DNA from: Octopus bimaculoides
Lineage: Eukaryota
Assembly: GCF_001194135.2 (NCBI RefSeq)
Contig: NC_068996.1
Location: forward strand, 27,720,115 to 27,775,576
DNA: 55,462 bases
Direction of reading: 5' to 3'
This document shows, piece by piece, positions 12,531 to 25,980 of this stretch. The translations under genes were made by a program, and so were the position numbers. The notes below the pieces were generated by a model that saw nothing but the letters and a program-made list of their open reading frames with translations, did no database searches and had not been told where the DNA came from. The first letter of the stretch is position 1; the number at the start of each line of letters is the position of its first letter.

Positions 12531-13259
12531 AGAACTTTTAAATGTTTTGTCTGTGCAGTATTCTTATCTACTTCATACTTCTCTCAGTATATCTGGATAC
12601 TCAGTTGGTCTTTTTTTTTTCTCTAACATTACATGTTTAACAAGACATATCCACTTTGCTCTCCTGGTGTTAAATCCATTAGATATATATTTGTTCATGA
12701 ACACACCATTTCTGTTCCACCTCACTGAATTCATTAACATTCTAGACTCAGTTTTGCCATTTTTCCTGGGACAATTTACTCGCTTCTCCCCTCAAAATGC
12801 ATGGTTAAGCAGTTAGATTTACAATGATGTAGTTCCTTGTCCAGTCTTGTTTGGTATCTTGAGTAGATATATTCTATCCCAGGCTTGGGTTTACTAATGT
12901 GTAAATGAAAGTATTTTTACTGCTGCTGTTGTATTAACTTTCCATCATGAGCTAAATGATTTCATGGTGTAAAGAATTTGGCAGTACTTTCCTAATTATT
13001 GTTTTACTTTCATACAACACAATCTTTTAGATCAAGTTTTAAACTTTTATATTTTAATTTACCCTATTCACTTGTCTCTTAATCTTAGACATTCCTCTTT
13101 TATCAAAAAACAAAAAAAAAACAAAAAACAAAAAAAAAAAAGCAAAAACCAACTTCAATGGATTCAACAAAGATCTCTCTCATTTAAATATTAGCTGTTT
13201 CTATGTTCTCACTTTCTTAATTTTTCAAGGCTTATATAACTTCACAAGCTATACTAATA

Positions 13260-13590
13260 ATATGGACTTGGCATAACCAAATGTTCATGGAATTTACTTT
13301 TCAATCATGAAAGCCTGGGTTTGAGCTCACTGCCTGGGATCTTAGGCATGTATCTTGGGTCAGTCTAAGCATTGTAATTGAAACTAGGTGGAGGTTGTGC
13401 AGAAACTCATCAGATACATTGTGCCTGCCATTCAAAAGGCATGACTTTGTTGCTCACTGTCCTGCTGATTTTATCTGTGAATTAAAGTTACATGTGTCTG
13501 TGGAATGCTCAAACATGTTAATTCACTGAACAGGTGATCCAGTTGATTGAACAAATGAATCTCCATTGTCAAAACCAATTATTAGTTTTT
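13260..13590 (+). mobile_element. Possible further decayed SINE (family D)
   Basis: B-box-like gggtttgagctc and a 3' segment gtgtctgtggaatgctc...gttaattcactgaacagg...gttgat that I recall from cephalopod SINEs. Single copy in this window. Confidence 0.35.
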
Positions 13591-13819
13591 ACTTACAACT
13601 TATAATTCATGTAATGTTTTTGAGTTGTTTCCTAGAATTAGACTTGGTTTTCTGTTTTTGATCATAGTATATTCAATACTGTAAAGCTACTTAATCTTGT
13701 CCTTTATTTTATTTCAATGACTTTTGTAACATAATGCATTTTTTAAAATGGGCTCAATGTGGTTATTATGGCAGTATTGGTAACAGACAATAGGGTTATG
13801 GACTGCCCAAGACACCAAG

Positions 13820-14215
13820 TGTCTTCTGTATCCCTGGGCTAACTAAAGCCTTGTGAGTAGATTTAGTAGACAGAAACTAAAACTAGCCCATCTCTTCCTA
13901 TCTCTCTGGCACAGGCATGGCTGTGTGGTAAGAAGCTTGCTGCCCAACCACATGGTTCTGGGTTCAGTTACCACTGTGCATGGTACCTTGGGCAAGTGTC
14001 TTCTATAATCTTGGGATTTGATAGATGGAAACTGAAAGAAGCCCATTGTATATACTTGTGTCTGTTTCTTCACCACCATCTCTTGACAACTGGTTTGGTG
14101 TGATTACATCCCTGTAACTTAGTGGTTAAGCAAAAGAGACTGCTAGAAAAAGTACCAGGCCTAAAAAACAGAAAAGCACTGGTGTCAATTTATTCAAGTA
14201 AAAATTCCTCAAGAT
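13820..14215 (+). mobile_element. SINE family A: fragment (13820-13892) plus near-full copy from 13908
   Basis: ggcacaggcatggctgtgtggtaagaagcttgc...gggttcagt...accttgggcaagtgtcttcta...gaaactgaaagaagccc; multiple copies in the window. Confidence 0.85.
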
Positions 14216-14776
14216 TCTTGACATTTCTATTTTTCTTTAATTGTACCTTCGAATATTTGAGATGATGTATGTAAAATATAGTAACAGCTTCTCTTCATTG
14301 CTTACCTCCATCAGTTAGTCTTCAGCTACCTTTTCCACAGTTGTTAAGTGGGATATTGAAGAAGGACATAGCCACAATAGCATTTCTTAGACGTACTCCT
14401 TGGATGGTGATTTTTCTGAGTTTGGATTACAGGATCTGTTTGGGTTTTCTTGTTCCTAACATCCATTTTTACACACCTCAGTTTACAATGTTCATGTTTT
14501 CCAATGGTTTAGCTTCTGATGGATTTTGTTTTTGTCAGTACATCACCCTGCTTGTATGTTGTAATGATTGTATTCCATAGAGATCATTGGTGTTATTTAA
14601 AAGGAAGGTATCTATTTAGTTGCTAAGTTAAGATTACTTTGTATGTTGAACATGTAAAACTCCAAACTTGTATTATGCCTGGTACTAGTAGTTGTGCTTG
14701 CTTGCTGTAATGTATCCTCTTTATTGATTAGTAATATTAAGGGTGTTCAATTCTGTTTGTATTTGCATGGGGACTC

Positions 14777-14813
14777 GCCTAGCTCACTGACATGCCTAGC
14801 TCACTGACATGCC
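14777..14813. repeat. Exact 17-bp tandem duplication
   Basis: gcctagctcactgacat x2 + gcc. Confidence 0.95.
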
Positions 14814-15552
14814 AAAATGTTGAAATGTAATAAATCAAGCCAAACATCAAATGGATGTATTATATACCCCAACCAACTTATCTCACAACGACGACGACCA
14901 CCACCACCACGGAAAGTCACTTCTGTCTTGTTTTTGTCCAATTCAATTGATTGCTATGGTGTTTTAGAAACTAATGAAGCTAGCAAGTCCAAGATTTTCA
15001 GTGATCATTAAGCAAAAATGTATTTTTATATACTTATATTTTTTAGAATATATCTTAATCTTCACATTTAAAATATAATAGAAATGTTTATATTACATAT
15101 GTGCAAAGCAACACAGTATTTTTTTCAGACATTGGTGGTTACAAAGTCCATATGTCTACTCCACTCCCTATGTGGTTATATAACCTTTTCAGCTATTTGT
15201 GGTTTTAATTATAATAAAAAATTGAAACCATACATGTAGAAAAATATGTTCATGCATAAGTTATGTAACAACACAGTATCTTTGATATTAGTAATTATTA
15301 TAACTGCTATTATACATTCCAGTATTGACCACATAGGTAGAGTAATATGTTTACACGCTCACACATATGCAGACACAATTAAAATATCCTTTAGATATTG
15401 GTGTCTATATTAATAGTTGTATAAAATATTCTCATACTGCCCACATGTAGAGAAATGTGTTCATATACATGTAGTGGCATAAGAATGCAACTTTTGAGAT
15501 ATCAGCAACTACAGTAATAGGCAGTTTATTAATCTAATTATATAATAAACAC

Positions 15553-15597
15553 CAACCCATGCTAGCATGGAAAGTGGACATTAAATGATGATGATGA
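15553..15597 (+). mobile_element. Very short (~45 bp) RTE 3' tail insertion
   Basis: aacccatgctagcatggaaagtggacattaaatgatgatgatg. Confidence 0.8.
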
Positions 15598-15722
15598 CAC
15601 TAATATTGACATGTAGAGAAAAATGTTCAAATATAGTTACATAGTACCTTTCGGATCACTGATTATCATAATCAGTACTATAAAATACATTTACGCACAC
15701 ACACACACATGCACACTCACAT

Positions 15723-15723
<1 letters not shown>

Positions 15724-15796
<73 letters not shown>

Positions 15797-16004
15797 NNNN
15801 NNNNNNNNNNNNNNNNNNNNNNNNNNNNNNNNNNNNNNNNNNNNNNNNNNNNNNNNNNNNNNNNNNNNNNNNNNNNNNNNNNNNNNNNNNNNNNNNNNNN
15901 NNNNNNNNNNNNNNNNNNNNNNNNNNNNNNNNNNNNNNNNNNNNNNNNNNNNNNNNNNNNNNNNNNNNNNNNNNNNNNNNNNNNNNNNNNNNNNNNNNNN
16001 NNNN
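15724..16004. repeat. (CA)n microsatellite running into an assembly gap
   Basis: (CA)n at 15724-15796, N at 15797-16004. Confidence 0.95.
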
Positions 16005-16347
16005 GAGTGTAGTGGGTGCTTTTACGTGTCACCCGCACGAAGGCCAGTCAGGCGGTACTGGCAACGGTCACGCTCAAAATGGGGCATTTCATGTGACACC
16101 CGAAAAAGAAAAAAAAGATTTCGTGTGTCGTCCGCACATGAGCCAGTCCAGGGGAACCAGCAATGATCTCGCTCGAAAATCCTACAACAGCCCCGCACAA
16201 GAGCCAGTCCAGGGGCACTGGCAACGATCTCACTCGAAAGATTTCATATGTCGCCTGCACATGAGCCAGTCCAGGGGAACCAGCAACGATCTCGCTCGAA
16301 AATCCTACAACGGCACCGTACAAGAGCCATTCCAGGGGCGCCAGCAC
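16005..16347 (-). mobile_element. RTE 3' UTR with internal 61-62-bp tandem array
   Basis: 16005-16100 is the reverse complement of the ...gtgacacgtaaaagcacccactacactc segment at 1-62 and 37190-37280. Repeat markers at 16138, 16199, 16261 and 16322. Confidence 0.85.
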
Positions 16348-16683
16348 ATGGTGGTTATGATAATTATTACTATAAAATACAGTCTTAATATCATTGACAT
16401 GTAAAAATATTCAAATATATAATTAAGTATCACATCTTTTAACATATTGGTAACTATAGTAATAGTCATTAGTATACAATATATTCTAATACTGACCATA
16501 TATATTTAGAGAAATATTTTTATACATATAGTTGCATCACAAAATCTTTCAGCTATTGGTAGTTATTCATCCACTTGTTCTAATGCTCATTTTTTTCCAT
16601 GCTAGCATGGGTTACAGTAATACATTAGGGAGGCATTGTTTTATAGTTAAATACCCTTCCTGTCACTTGTTTTTTGAAGGTAA

Positions 16684-16706
16684 CTCTCTCTCTTTCTCTC
16701 TTTATC

Positions 16707-16777
<71 letters not shown>
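16684..16777. repeat. (CT)n/(CTTT) polypyrimidine microsatellite
   Basis: Seen directly. Confidence 0.95.
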
Positions 16778-16781
<4 letters not shown>

Positions 16782-17029
16782 CCATGTATGTCAATGAAAG
16801 TGCAAAACTAAATGATGATTTGTTGACAGAAAATTACCAAGATAGTTCAGTTTATAACTCAACACTATTTTCATGTGAAGCACAAATTATGAACATTTAG
16901 ACACACATGCAGACACTATCATGACAATGAAAGTATATTCAATTATTACTAATGGCAGTAAGTAATATAAAATGCATTCAAATACTGCTTGCATATCGAA
17001 ATATATTCTTGGTTTTTGTAAGCCACTGA

Positions 17030-17407
17030 CGTGGCTGTGTGTTTAAGAAGCATACTTTGCAACCACAAGGTTTTGGGTTCAGTCTTACTGCATGGCACCT
17101 TCGGCAAGCGTCTTTTGTTATAGTTCTAGGTCAACCAATGCCTTGTAATTTGATTTTGGTGGATGGAAACTATAGAAGTCTGTGTGTGGGTGGGCGGCTG
17201 CGTTTGTCATCTAACCCCACTGCTTGTCCTGTCATCTGGTGTTGGTTTGTTTATGTCCCTGTAACTCAGCAGTTTGGTAATTAAGGCCAATTGAATAAGT
17301 ACTAAACTTAAAAATAAGTACTTAGGTTGATTTGTTCAACTAAACCCTTCAAGACAGCACCCCAACATGGCTGCAGTCCAATGACTGAAACCAGCACAAA
17401 GAATAAG
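17030..17407 (+). mobile_element. SINE family A, tail type 1
   Basis: A/B-box head; 3' end ...ccccaacatggctgcagtccaatgactgaaa... Confidence 0.85.
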
Positions 17408-19090
17408 TTATGTAGAGAATTTTCTCTTGCTTTGTTAATTTTTTAGTAATGTATCATTTTTTAGATTATTTAATGGAATTATGGTGGAATGTCAATTTTC
17501 TGCTTTAACTTTTCATAAACATAGTTCAGTGAGTGAGAATAAGAAATAGGGGCCTCTGTTACATTTTCTTTTTATGGTGTTCTCAAGTTAAGACATAGAA
17601 GGGTTTCAATTGAGCACCCAAATTGTCAATTCTCAATTTCGTTAGAAACTTAGTATCACTATTTCATGTCATTTCCTTTATAGAAATTGTAGGGTTCAGC
17701 AAAAGTATAAAGATTTATAGAAGTTCATAATTAGCAATTATTAGTTCCATAGAAATGCTTAAATTGGTAACATTGAGTTACTTGCTGATTGATTACAATT
17801 TCAAATTCCACAGAAGGACTTTTGGATGTATATCTTTGGGTAAGAAACTTTATTCACAAATCTATAGGTACCTGATCATCTGAAAATAATTTTATTCCTG
17901 TTTATAATTTCTGACCATAGTTAACTATGTTGATTTGCTCATGATAGAGCATTTAATGGTGACTCAATGACAAAGATTTTGGACATTTGCATATTTTTAT
18001 ATGTGGTCTATTTTATTTCAGAATGTGGTCCATAATATTCACAAGGAAAACTACATGGACTACCAAGCATAAATTTACTTTTAAATTATGTAACAAGACA
18101 GGACATATGTATGTCATCCTTTAATCTCTGTTTCCCATGCTGGTATGATGGCTCTGTTTTTCTGCTGTCACAAGCATTCCATTTTTCTTATATTCACCTT
18201 CCTGTATCTTGAAGGTGTGCTATGATACATTCTCACCACCATCTCTCCCAACTGGGATAACCATGTCTTTCCTACAGCAAACACCATACTTTAACCTCTA
18301 ATCACCTGGCATAAAGCCACTTTCCTCAGTACCACTCTCCACCTTAGTTGAGGAATCTTGTGAGTTACTTGCAGACCTAACCATTGCTGGTTCTAAGTAA
18401 AGAAAGAAAAAGATTCACTACATTCTGTAAAGTAGTTCCTGCTTAAGTCAGCCTTCATTTCATTCATCCAGGGTCAATAAAATAAGTATCCATCAAGAAA
18501 TAATTTATGATCTCTATTCTTCCCTTCAAAATTTGTGGCTGTTTGTTTATTAGAAGTCAATGTCTATTAGAAATCAATAAGCCATAGCTATCTTTAAGGA
18601 AGAATCCATCATCACCACCACCACCACTCAGCCACATGTCATTTAACAATAATTTTGGATATTTCAGTCAGAAATAATATTGATTCAATATTTGAGGTGT
18701 AGACATGGCTGTGTGGATATAGTTTTTTTTTTATTAGTAAAAATATGTGACAGAGGCAGTATTAATACGAGGAGGTCATATTTATTCCCACATCAACATG
18801 GATGTTCTGTTAGAACAAACTTTACTGTCGTAGTTACCATGAGAGAAACTCTCATAGTGACATTTTGGTGCGAAATGCTTTCTTGTTTATATTGCTAGTA
18901 GAGATAAAACCTGGTCATCTCCAGCTCCGAGATCACCAGGTAATGTGATTTCAGCCTTCCTTGGTCTCATCAATGATGGATACTTGACCACTAGAGATAA
19001 CCTTTTTAGTTACATGGTTTTGAATTTTATCACGAGCTAACCAATACCTTGCAATTGGAATAATTGGTAAATGGACATTATGGAAGCCTG

Positions 19091-19128
<38 letters not shown>

Positions 19129-19489
19129 ATGTTTCCCCTCTTTTACATTGAATCACTATTTCATGGTTATTCATCATTTGTCTAATGCTTCCTTTTTGTT
19201 CTCTCCTCCTGACACCTTCCATTCACACTCACCCTTGTAATATAGGATAGTCCTAAACCCTCCCCTACACAGACCACTCTACCACTTTTCCATTTTTTTC
19301 AATAGCCCCTGACATTAATACCTCTCATTTCCCCTGTTCCCTACCCCGCACCTCTTCCAAATGTTTGTTATTCTCTCCACTACCACCCCATCACAACTAT
19401 AAATCTGTTCCTCTCATCTCGCCTTCCTTGTCACCCTGCCTAGAATTATATTGCATATTCTTAGTTTTGCTAGTTGTGATCATTACATG

Positions 19490-19675
19490 TGCTCCTCCCC
19501 CCGCTTAGTACACACTGTAAAATAGTTGGTGTTAAGAAGGGTATTCAGTCATAATACCATTCCAAAGCAGATATTAGAGTGTGTCTCAGCCCTGTAACTC
19601 TTCAGATCCTGTTGTACTATCTAACCTTGTACTATCTAACCTTGTACTATCTAACGATGGATGTTAAATGATGTG
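19490..19675 (+). mobile_element. Decayed RTE 3' tail containing a 15-bp triple repeat (19612-19655)
   Basis: agttggtgttaagaaggg...gatggatgttaaatgatg; ttgtactatctaacc x3 (third unit lacks the last base). Confidence 0.65.
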
Positions 19676-19954
19676 TCTGTTTACATTTCACATGAAATGA
19701 ATGAAACTATTTGAGTGAAATGGTGAGGTTATTTTCTCTTAAATTCTATAAATATACTGTTGAAGACAAATGGATTTAAAAAATCCTTATTTAAAAAAGT
19801 TAAGGGTTGGCAACAAGAAGGACTGTAAAATACCTCAATAAGTATTTATCTAACCCAAGCCGGTATGTAAAGACATGTAAAATGAATTACTGATAGTTCA
19901 GTAGCCAGAGATCACATATCGATTATGGATTAATGTTAAATATAGAAGCACAAG

Positions 19955-20326
19955 CATAGGCTGTAGTTAAGTTTGCTTTTCAACTATTTCAGGTTTAGTT
20001 CCACTGCATGGCACCTTGGGCATGTCTTCTATTATAGTCCTAGGTCAACCAAAGCTTTTTGAGTGGATTTGGTTAATGGAAACTGAAAGAAGCCTGTGTG
20101 TATGTCTGCACCTCTTTTTCTTGACATCATGCATTTAACTGTCATACAGGCAGTTACATTTGTTCATCTGCTATGAGAACATGTCCAGTCACTGGAATAT
20201 ATTATTTTGCTTGGAAACTAGTGAGTTGGTGACAGAATGGACATCTAGTTGTGGAAAACTTACCTCAGCAAATTCTGTGGCCCATGCAAGCATGGAAAAG
20301 TGAACTTTAAAATTGTGATTATGATG
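19955..20326 (+). mobile_element. SINE family A head with RTE-type tail (tail type 2)
   Basis: Same head as 30466, but ends ...cccatgcaagcatggaaaagtgaactttaaaattgtgattatgatg. Confidence 0.75.
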
Positions 20327-21924
20327 TTTAGAAAATTCCACTCAGCTATTTGTTTAGGTAGGATTCCATGTAATTTTTAAAATTATTTAAAAAATTTAGC
20401 AAATGTGACTAGTTAGACACATTGACTCTTTTTACCTTTCCAAAGCTGCAATAGAATATTTATTTAATGACATATTGGATTCTAGTGGATAACAGCTAGC
20501 TGTTTGTCATGCTCTTGTCTGATTGTACAGGAGCTTTTCCCACCAAATCTTGTGTTATATTTGCTATGATGTAGTAGTTCTCTTACTGCTTTGTCTTTCT
20601 CCTCCACACCAAGGCTTATTATAGACAAATGTAGCAAAGTGACCTGCTGAAGTGAAACTGATGACACATCTATATACTCAGTACAACATTGCATATTCAT
20701 CTGCTCACAGCTTTCCAGCTCATCCTGACCTCTGTAGTGGAAGGTTTCCCAGAATTCTATTGTTGGAAAATGTAAATGCTTCTTTTAGAACTAGTAAGCT
20801 CATGAAATTTATGAGCTGAAATCCTATTCAAATAGAGATTAGGTACAGGTCTGCTTAAAACAGAACTTGGGTATATGTCTAATGACTTATTACTGCTACT
20901 GTTAGTACTATGGCTGCTGTTACTGCTATGCTACTGCTGTTACAACTGTTGCTACTACTGCTAATGTTATCATTGCTACTACTACTACTTCAATGTTGCA
21001 TCATTGTCTTTGCTTCTCCTTGTGAATTGTGTCCACAACCATGTTCCTACACTTTAATCCAGTAGAATTTACCATTATTACTGTTGGGAAAAACAAGAAC
21101 ATTACTACTGACAATTTCTTTACTCTTTGAAGTTTTTTTCTTTGCATATGTCACAAGTAATTTTTACAGAAACAGCTTTCTGTGCACTTTGAATCGTAAC
21201 GGTGGTTATATTAATTTTCATTGTTGGGTCGATGACATTAAAAATGTTAAGCAAACTGGGTTGACTCAATGAACCATATGTGAGAAATCATTATTGTCGT
21301 TAGTAGGTCAGATTGTCAGCTGATTATTAACTCCTTATGTGAAAGTATATAAAACACAACAGAGCTACTACTATTATCATTTCTTCTCATTGGCTGTATA
21401 TTAGAAGCTAAAGATAACTTTGGTTACATTTGAGTAATCGCTATTCAGGGTCCTAGATCAAATAGCAAAGTTGACTGAGGTAGTTGGATGTTTCTGGTCT
21501 ATTGGTGGATTAACATGGATTAGACCAGTAGTTCCCAAATTGACAAAAGTCAGCTCTATCTTCAAAATAGTGGTGAGAATTTCTGAGCTCCCTTCCAGCT
21601 CCCCTTTCTTCTTTAATGTCTTTAATGTGAAGACAAAAATGGCAATTTGAGTGCCCTTTTATTAATCCTTAGATACCACTCCTCTCTCCTCCCCTTCAGA
21701 AATACTGAATTTGACAGTTACACATTAATCATCACATGTAATAGATACTGGGACCTTAATCCAATGACAATTGAAGAGGTAATTGAAGTTTTTAGTTTGT
21801 GGATTTCTGTTGGAGTAGGTGTCTGTGGTTTCCTCTAGCTTCATAGGATTTAAACTCAGCATGATAAGAAAGTAGCAATTATATTATTGCTGTTGTTACA
21901 TTTTTGAGTGATATTGTAATAGGC

Positions 21925-22035
21925 GAGTATGGGCTGGCAACAGGAAGGACATCTAACCATAAAACGATGACTCGGAAAACTTGTCCTAACCACACCTGCT
22001 GGAAAATGGATGTAAAACAACAATAATGAAGATGT
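21925..22035 (+). mobile_element. RTE-type 3' tail fragment
   Basis: tggcaacaggaaggacatc...ggaaaatggatgtaaaacaacaataatgaagatg. Confidence 0.55.
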
Positions 22036-22179
22036 TTCTATTTGCACAAGTTATTTGTATTAACACCATGGTATTAACATGTAACTGGAACTGGACTAAA
22101 TCATTTAACACGTTTACAATGATGTGATTGTACCATTGACAGTTTAGGTGGTGGTGTGGTATCCCATTAACTTATAGGT

Positions 22180-22625
22180 ACAGGCATGACTATGTGGCGA
22201 GAAGATTGCTTCTCAACCATATGTTCAGTTCTGGTACATGTCACTTTGGGTTAACCAAAGCCTTCTGAGTGGATTTTGATAGATGGAAGCCGAAAGAAGC
22301 CTATCGTATATGAGTTTATATTACCGTCTCTTTGCTTTTAACTTCATATATCTATGAAAATATGTTATGGGAAATATCTTTCTTGGAAACCGGTTAGGGT
22401 TGGTGACAAGGAGAACACTTGGATGTAGAAAGTCTGTCCTATTAAATTCTGACTAATGTGAAATTGGAAAGTGGACATTAAAATGTAGACATAGCTATGT
22501 GGTTTTGGGTTCATTCTCCACTGGGGGCAGGCATTTCTAGTGTTGCTTCAGCCTTATCAATACGTTGTGAATGAAATTGGTAGCTGGAAACAGTAAGAAG
22601 CCTGTTTTGTATGTTTGTGTCCCTG
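22180..22625 (+). mobile_element. SINE A with RTE-type tail, followed by a second decayed SINE A head
   Basis: caggcatgactatgtgg...ggaaagtggacattaaaatg, then gctatgtggttttgggttca...ggaaacagtaagaagcctg. Confidence 0.65.
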
Positions 22626-23346
22626 CGATGTTGTTTTTATTTTGTTATAATGAAAAGAGGTATGTTGCAGAAGCAGTAATCAATTAAGACCCCCCCCCCC
22701 CNNNNNNNNNNNNNNNNNNNNNNNNNNNNNNNNNNNNNNNNNNNNNNNNNNNNNNNNNNNNNNNNNNNNNNNNNNNNNNNAAAAAAAAAGGAAAACTTTA
22801 TTCTAACTACTGCTTCAAGTTTGTCTTCCATCTTCTTGGGATCAAATTATGTATTATATTCTAGGGATGAGTAAATTTTACTTTTTCTGAATATACACAA
22901 ACCTTGTATCAATTGTGTGAGAGAAATCAGTAGAGGATAATGATCGTTATAGAAGAAATTCTGTCAAAACTATCTTAAATATTTTTATTTTTAGATTTAA
23001 AACCAGTTCTACTGGGTGTTGTGTGAATGAAAGGTGACTATTTTGTGCAGAGACATTCAGTTGTTACATCTTATGTTCATCATTATCGTAGGTGTGTATA
23101 ACGTCTTAAGATTTACAACTTTAAATGTACGACTACTGTTTGAAATTCGTTTCCGTTTGCAGATCTGTCTACTATATTGGACAAATAGAATTTTCTGGCA
23201 TTTATAGTTTGTGTATGTGTGATATATGTGTGTGCGTCTGTATGTATGTATTCATATATATGTATGTTTGTGTACATGTGTGTTTGTGCATGCTTGTGTG
23301 CACGCGTTAGTCTGTGTGTGTATGTGTGTATATATATACATGTATA

Positions 23347-23378
<32 letters not shown>

Positions 23379-23478
23379 NNNNNNNNNNNNNNNNNNNNNN
23401 NNNNNNNNNNNNNNNNNNNNNNNNNNNNNNNNNNNNNNNNNNNNNNNNNNNNNNNNNNNNNNNNNNNNNNNNNNNNNN

Positions 23479-23511
<33 letters not shown>

Positions 23512-24479
23512 GTAAACATTAGCGCAATAAATTTTATTATTCTGCTGTGAATAAAAATGTATTCCAGTATGCTACTCTCAGTTTTTTTCTGACATTTTAT
23601 CTGAAATTATGTATAATCTTCATCCCTTTCTGTTATTTGCTTCATATGAACTAACTCTACAGTCCTCTCCGTCTTGACTGTCTGCATTCTCTCCCTTTTA
23701 TTTTCTTTGTCTCCTCCTGTCTATCAATTATAATTCCCCCTTGCTTATACATTTATGTTCATTTCATTGTGGTCAAGGTTTGCTCATCAGTTTTAAGCGC
23801 GTTAGGATCTGAAAAATAAAGCATTCATTTAGAAGCATACAAAAATTTTTTCTCTTCTGTTTCTCAGAAATCTCTGTATTTTGGATGGATTTTAATCTTG
23901 AACCTCATCAAGTTTGTTCTTGCTCTATTAAAATCATTTCATAAATCAAATATAATGAGATTTGGGTCATGTGCAAGAGGACAGACGGTAAAGAAAAAAG
24001 CGTCTTGACAATGATACTAGCTGTCAGTTTTGTACATGTTTTATATGTGATCATATTTTGGTTTTTCAAGAATTAAAAAAAAAATTGTAAGCTTTGGCCT
24101 TTAGTCAGTGCAGTTGGCTACTTATCGATCAGTTAGTTGAAATCAAGTTTCTTGCAAAGCTGTTACATGCATGACCCCCCCCCCCNNNNNNNNNNNNNNN
24201 NNNNNNNNNNNNNNNNNNNNNNNNNNNNNNNNNNNNNNNNACACACACACAGTGTCAAAGTTGTATAATTAACCTTTCTCTTATTCATGAGAATTTTGTA
24301 AATTTAATCCTTAAGTTACTCTTTTGTTCTATCCTTGTTTTGGTCATTAGATTGCAGCATCATTTCCAAGTGTTTAGTTGAGTATATTGATTCCTGTTCA
24401 TATTAAGTTTGGTACTTATTTTGTTAAATCTCTTATTAAATTACTAAATTATGGGATATAAAACGAACATAGATACTAC

Positions 24480-24634
24480 TGGCTTCCATTCAGTGTCTGT
24501 CTACCAAATTTCACTCACAAGGTGTATTGATCAACTGGAGGTTTTAATAGAAAACATGAGCTGAAAATGCCATGCTGTGGTATTGAGCTTAAATCATGAT
24601 TATGAAATAAAAGTCCTTAACCACACAGCCATGC
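24480..24634 (-). mobile_element. SINE A head, minus strand
   Basis: cttccattcagtgtctgtctaccaaatttcactcacaagg...taaccacacagccatgc is the reverse complement of the head. Confidence 0.75.
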
Positions 24635-24792
24635 TTTTATTTCTGTTATCAACTTTGCTGGGTTAACAACAAGTTCAACCATAATGAAGTATATTTTACC
24701 TTTTATATTTGACATATTTTCTAATGAAAAATACCCTGTATTTAACTCGAGACAAATTTTGATTAAAATTGGAAAAATTTGAGTACAAGTGC

Positions 24793-25095
24793 AAGCATGG
24801 CTGTATGGTAAGAAGTTTGCTTCCCAAGGGTTCAATCCCACATCACAGCACCTTGGGCAAGTGTCTTCTACAATATCCTTGTGAGTGGATTTGGTAGATG
24901 GAAACTGAAAGAAGCCTGTTTATGTGTTTGTCCCCTACCACCACTTGATGACTGGTGTTGGTGTCTTTACATCTCTGTAACTTAACAGTTCAGCCAAAGC
25001 AACAAGTAGAATAAGTGCCAGGTTTAAAAAGAAAAAATACTGAGATTAATTTGTTCAATGAAAATTCTTTACAGCAGTGCTCTAGCACAGTGCCT
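24793..25095 (+). mobile_element. SINE A, tail type 1
   Basis: gcatggctgtatggtaagaagtttgcttccc...gggttcaatccc...accttgggcaagtgtcttcta. Confidence 0.85.
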
Positions 25096-25605
25096 TTTAG
25101 TGACAAATGAGTAAAAGATATTGTACCAGTTTGGGTTTGTATTGAATTTAACAGAAAATAAGTAAATTAAAAATATTTAATTTAAAAAATTCTGCTTAAA
25201 TTTGCAGAATCTTCTCACACATGAAAATAAATGTAGAAGCCATACAAAGACAAATGTAAGAAAATAAGTCTTTGAATTTTAGGCATTTCTGAAGTTTGGA
25301 TTTATTTCAGGTAGCACAATGCAAAAATTCTTCTTTGCATTTCTCTTTATCTCACAAACGTCTTTTTTCTCCTTTCTGTACTTGGCATACGATTTAAAAA
25401 AAAAAAAATGTTCTATAACTAGGTTCCAAAACTTTGCTTGAGGGTTAAAATGACAAATATTGCCTAAAGATGGTGATATTTGTGAATATCAGCTGCATCT
25501 TTGTTTCTGCTTATACCTACAGTAAAATAAATGCAAGATGGATCTCCTTATAATGGGAAAAGACTACAAATTAATTGAAGCTGCTATATATATATATATA
25601 TATAT

Positions 25606-25980
25606 GAAGCACCTTTCAAGTGTTGGGCCTCCCAGAGGCAAAAGTGGCTGATGCTGGTGGCATGTGAAGAGCTCCTTTCAAGTGTTGGGCCTCACAGAGG
25701 TAATGACCAAGATCTTGGCATTACATCATGCTTGAGAAGACCTATCAAGCCAAGTATAATCGCAGTCATGGCAGATACTGGTGTCATGTAAATGGCACTC
25801 GTGCCAGTGGCATGTAAATCACCCACTACACTCTTGGAGTGGTTGGTGTTAGGAAGGGCATCCAGCCATAGAAACCATGTCAAATCAGACTGGAGTCTGG
25901 TGCAGCCTTCCAGCTTGCCAGCCCCGGTCAAACCACCTAACTCAGACAAACATGGACAACAGATCTAAATGATGATGATA
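25606..25980 (+). mobile_element. RTE 3' UTR (different subfamily), starting directly after a (TA)n tract
   Basis: ...cacccactacactcttggagtggttggtgttaggaagggcatccag...aaatgatgatga; 60-bp internal repeat starting at 25606 and 25666. Confidence 0.8.

Noticed and set aside
16120-16347. CRISPR-like regularly spaced repeats
   Set aside because: The units are contiguous diverged tandem copies without unique spacers, lie in a LINE 3' UTR, and the context is eukaryotic with no cas genes.
15623-16404. Long ORFs with HT/CV repeats and X runs (also 23219-23550, 26516-26908, 38256-38503, 48890-49546)
   Set aside because: These are translations of dinucleotide microsatellites and N gaps.
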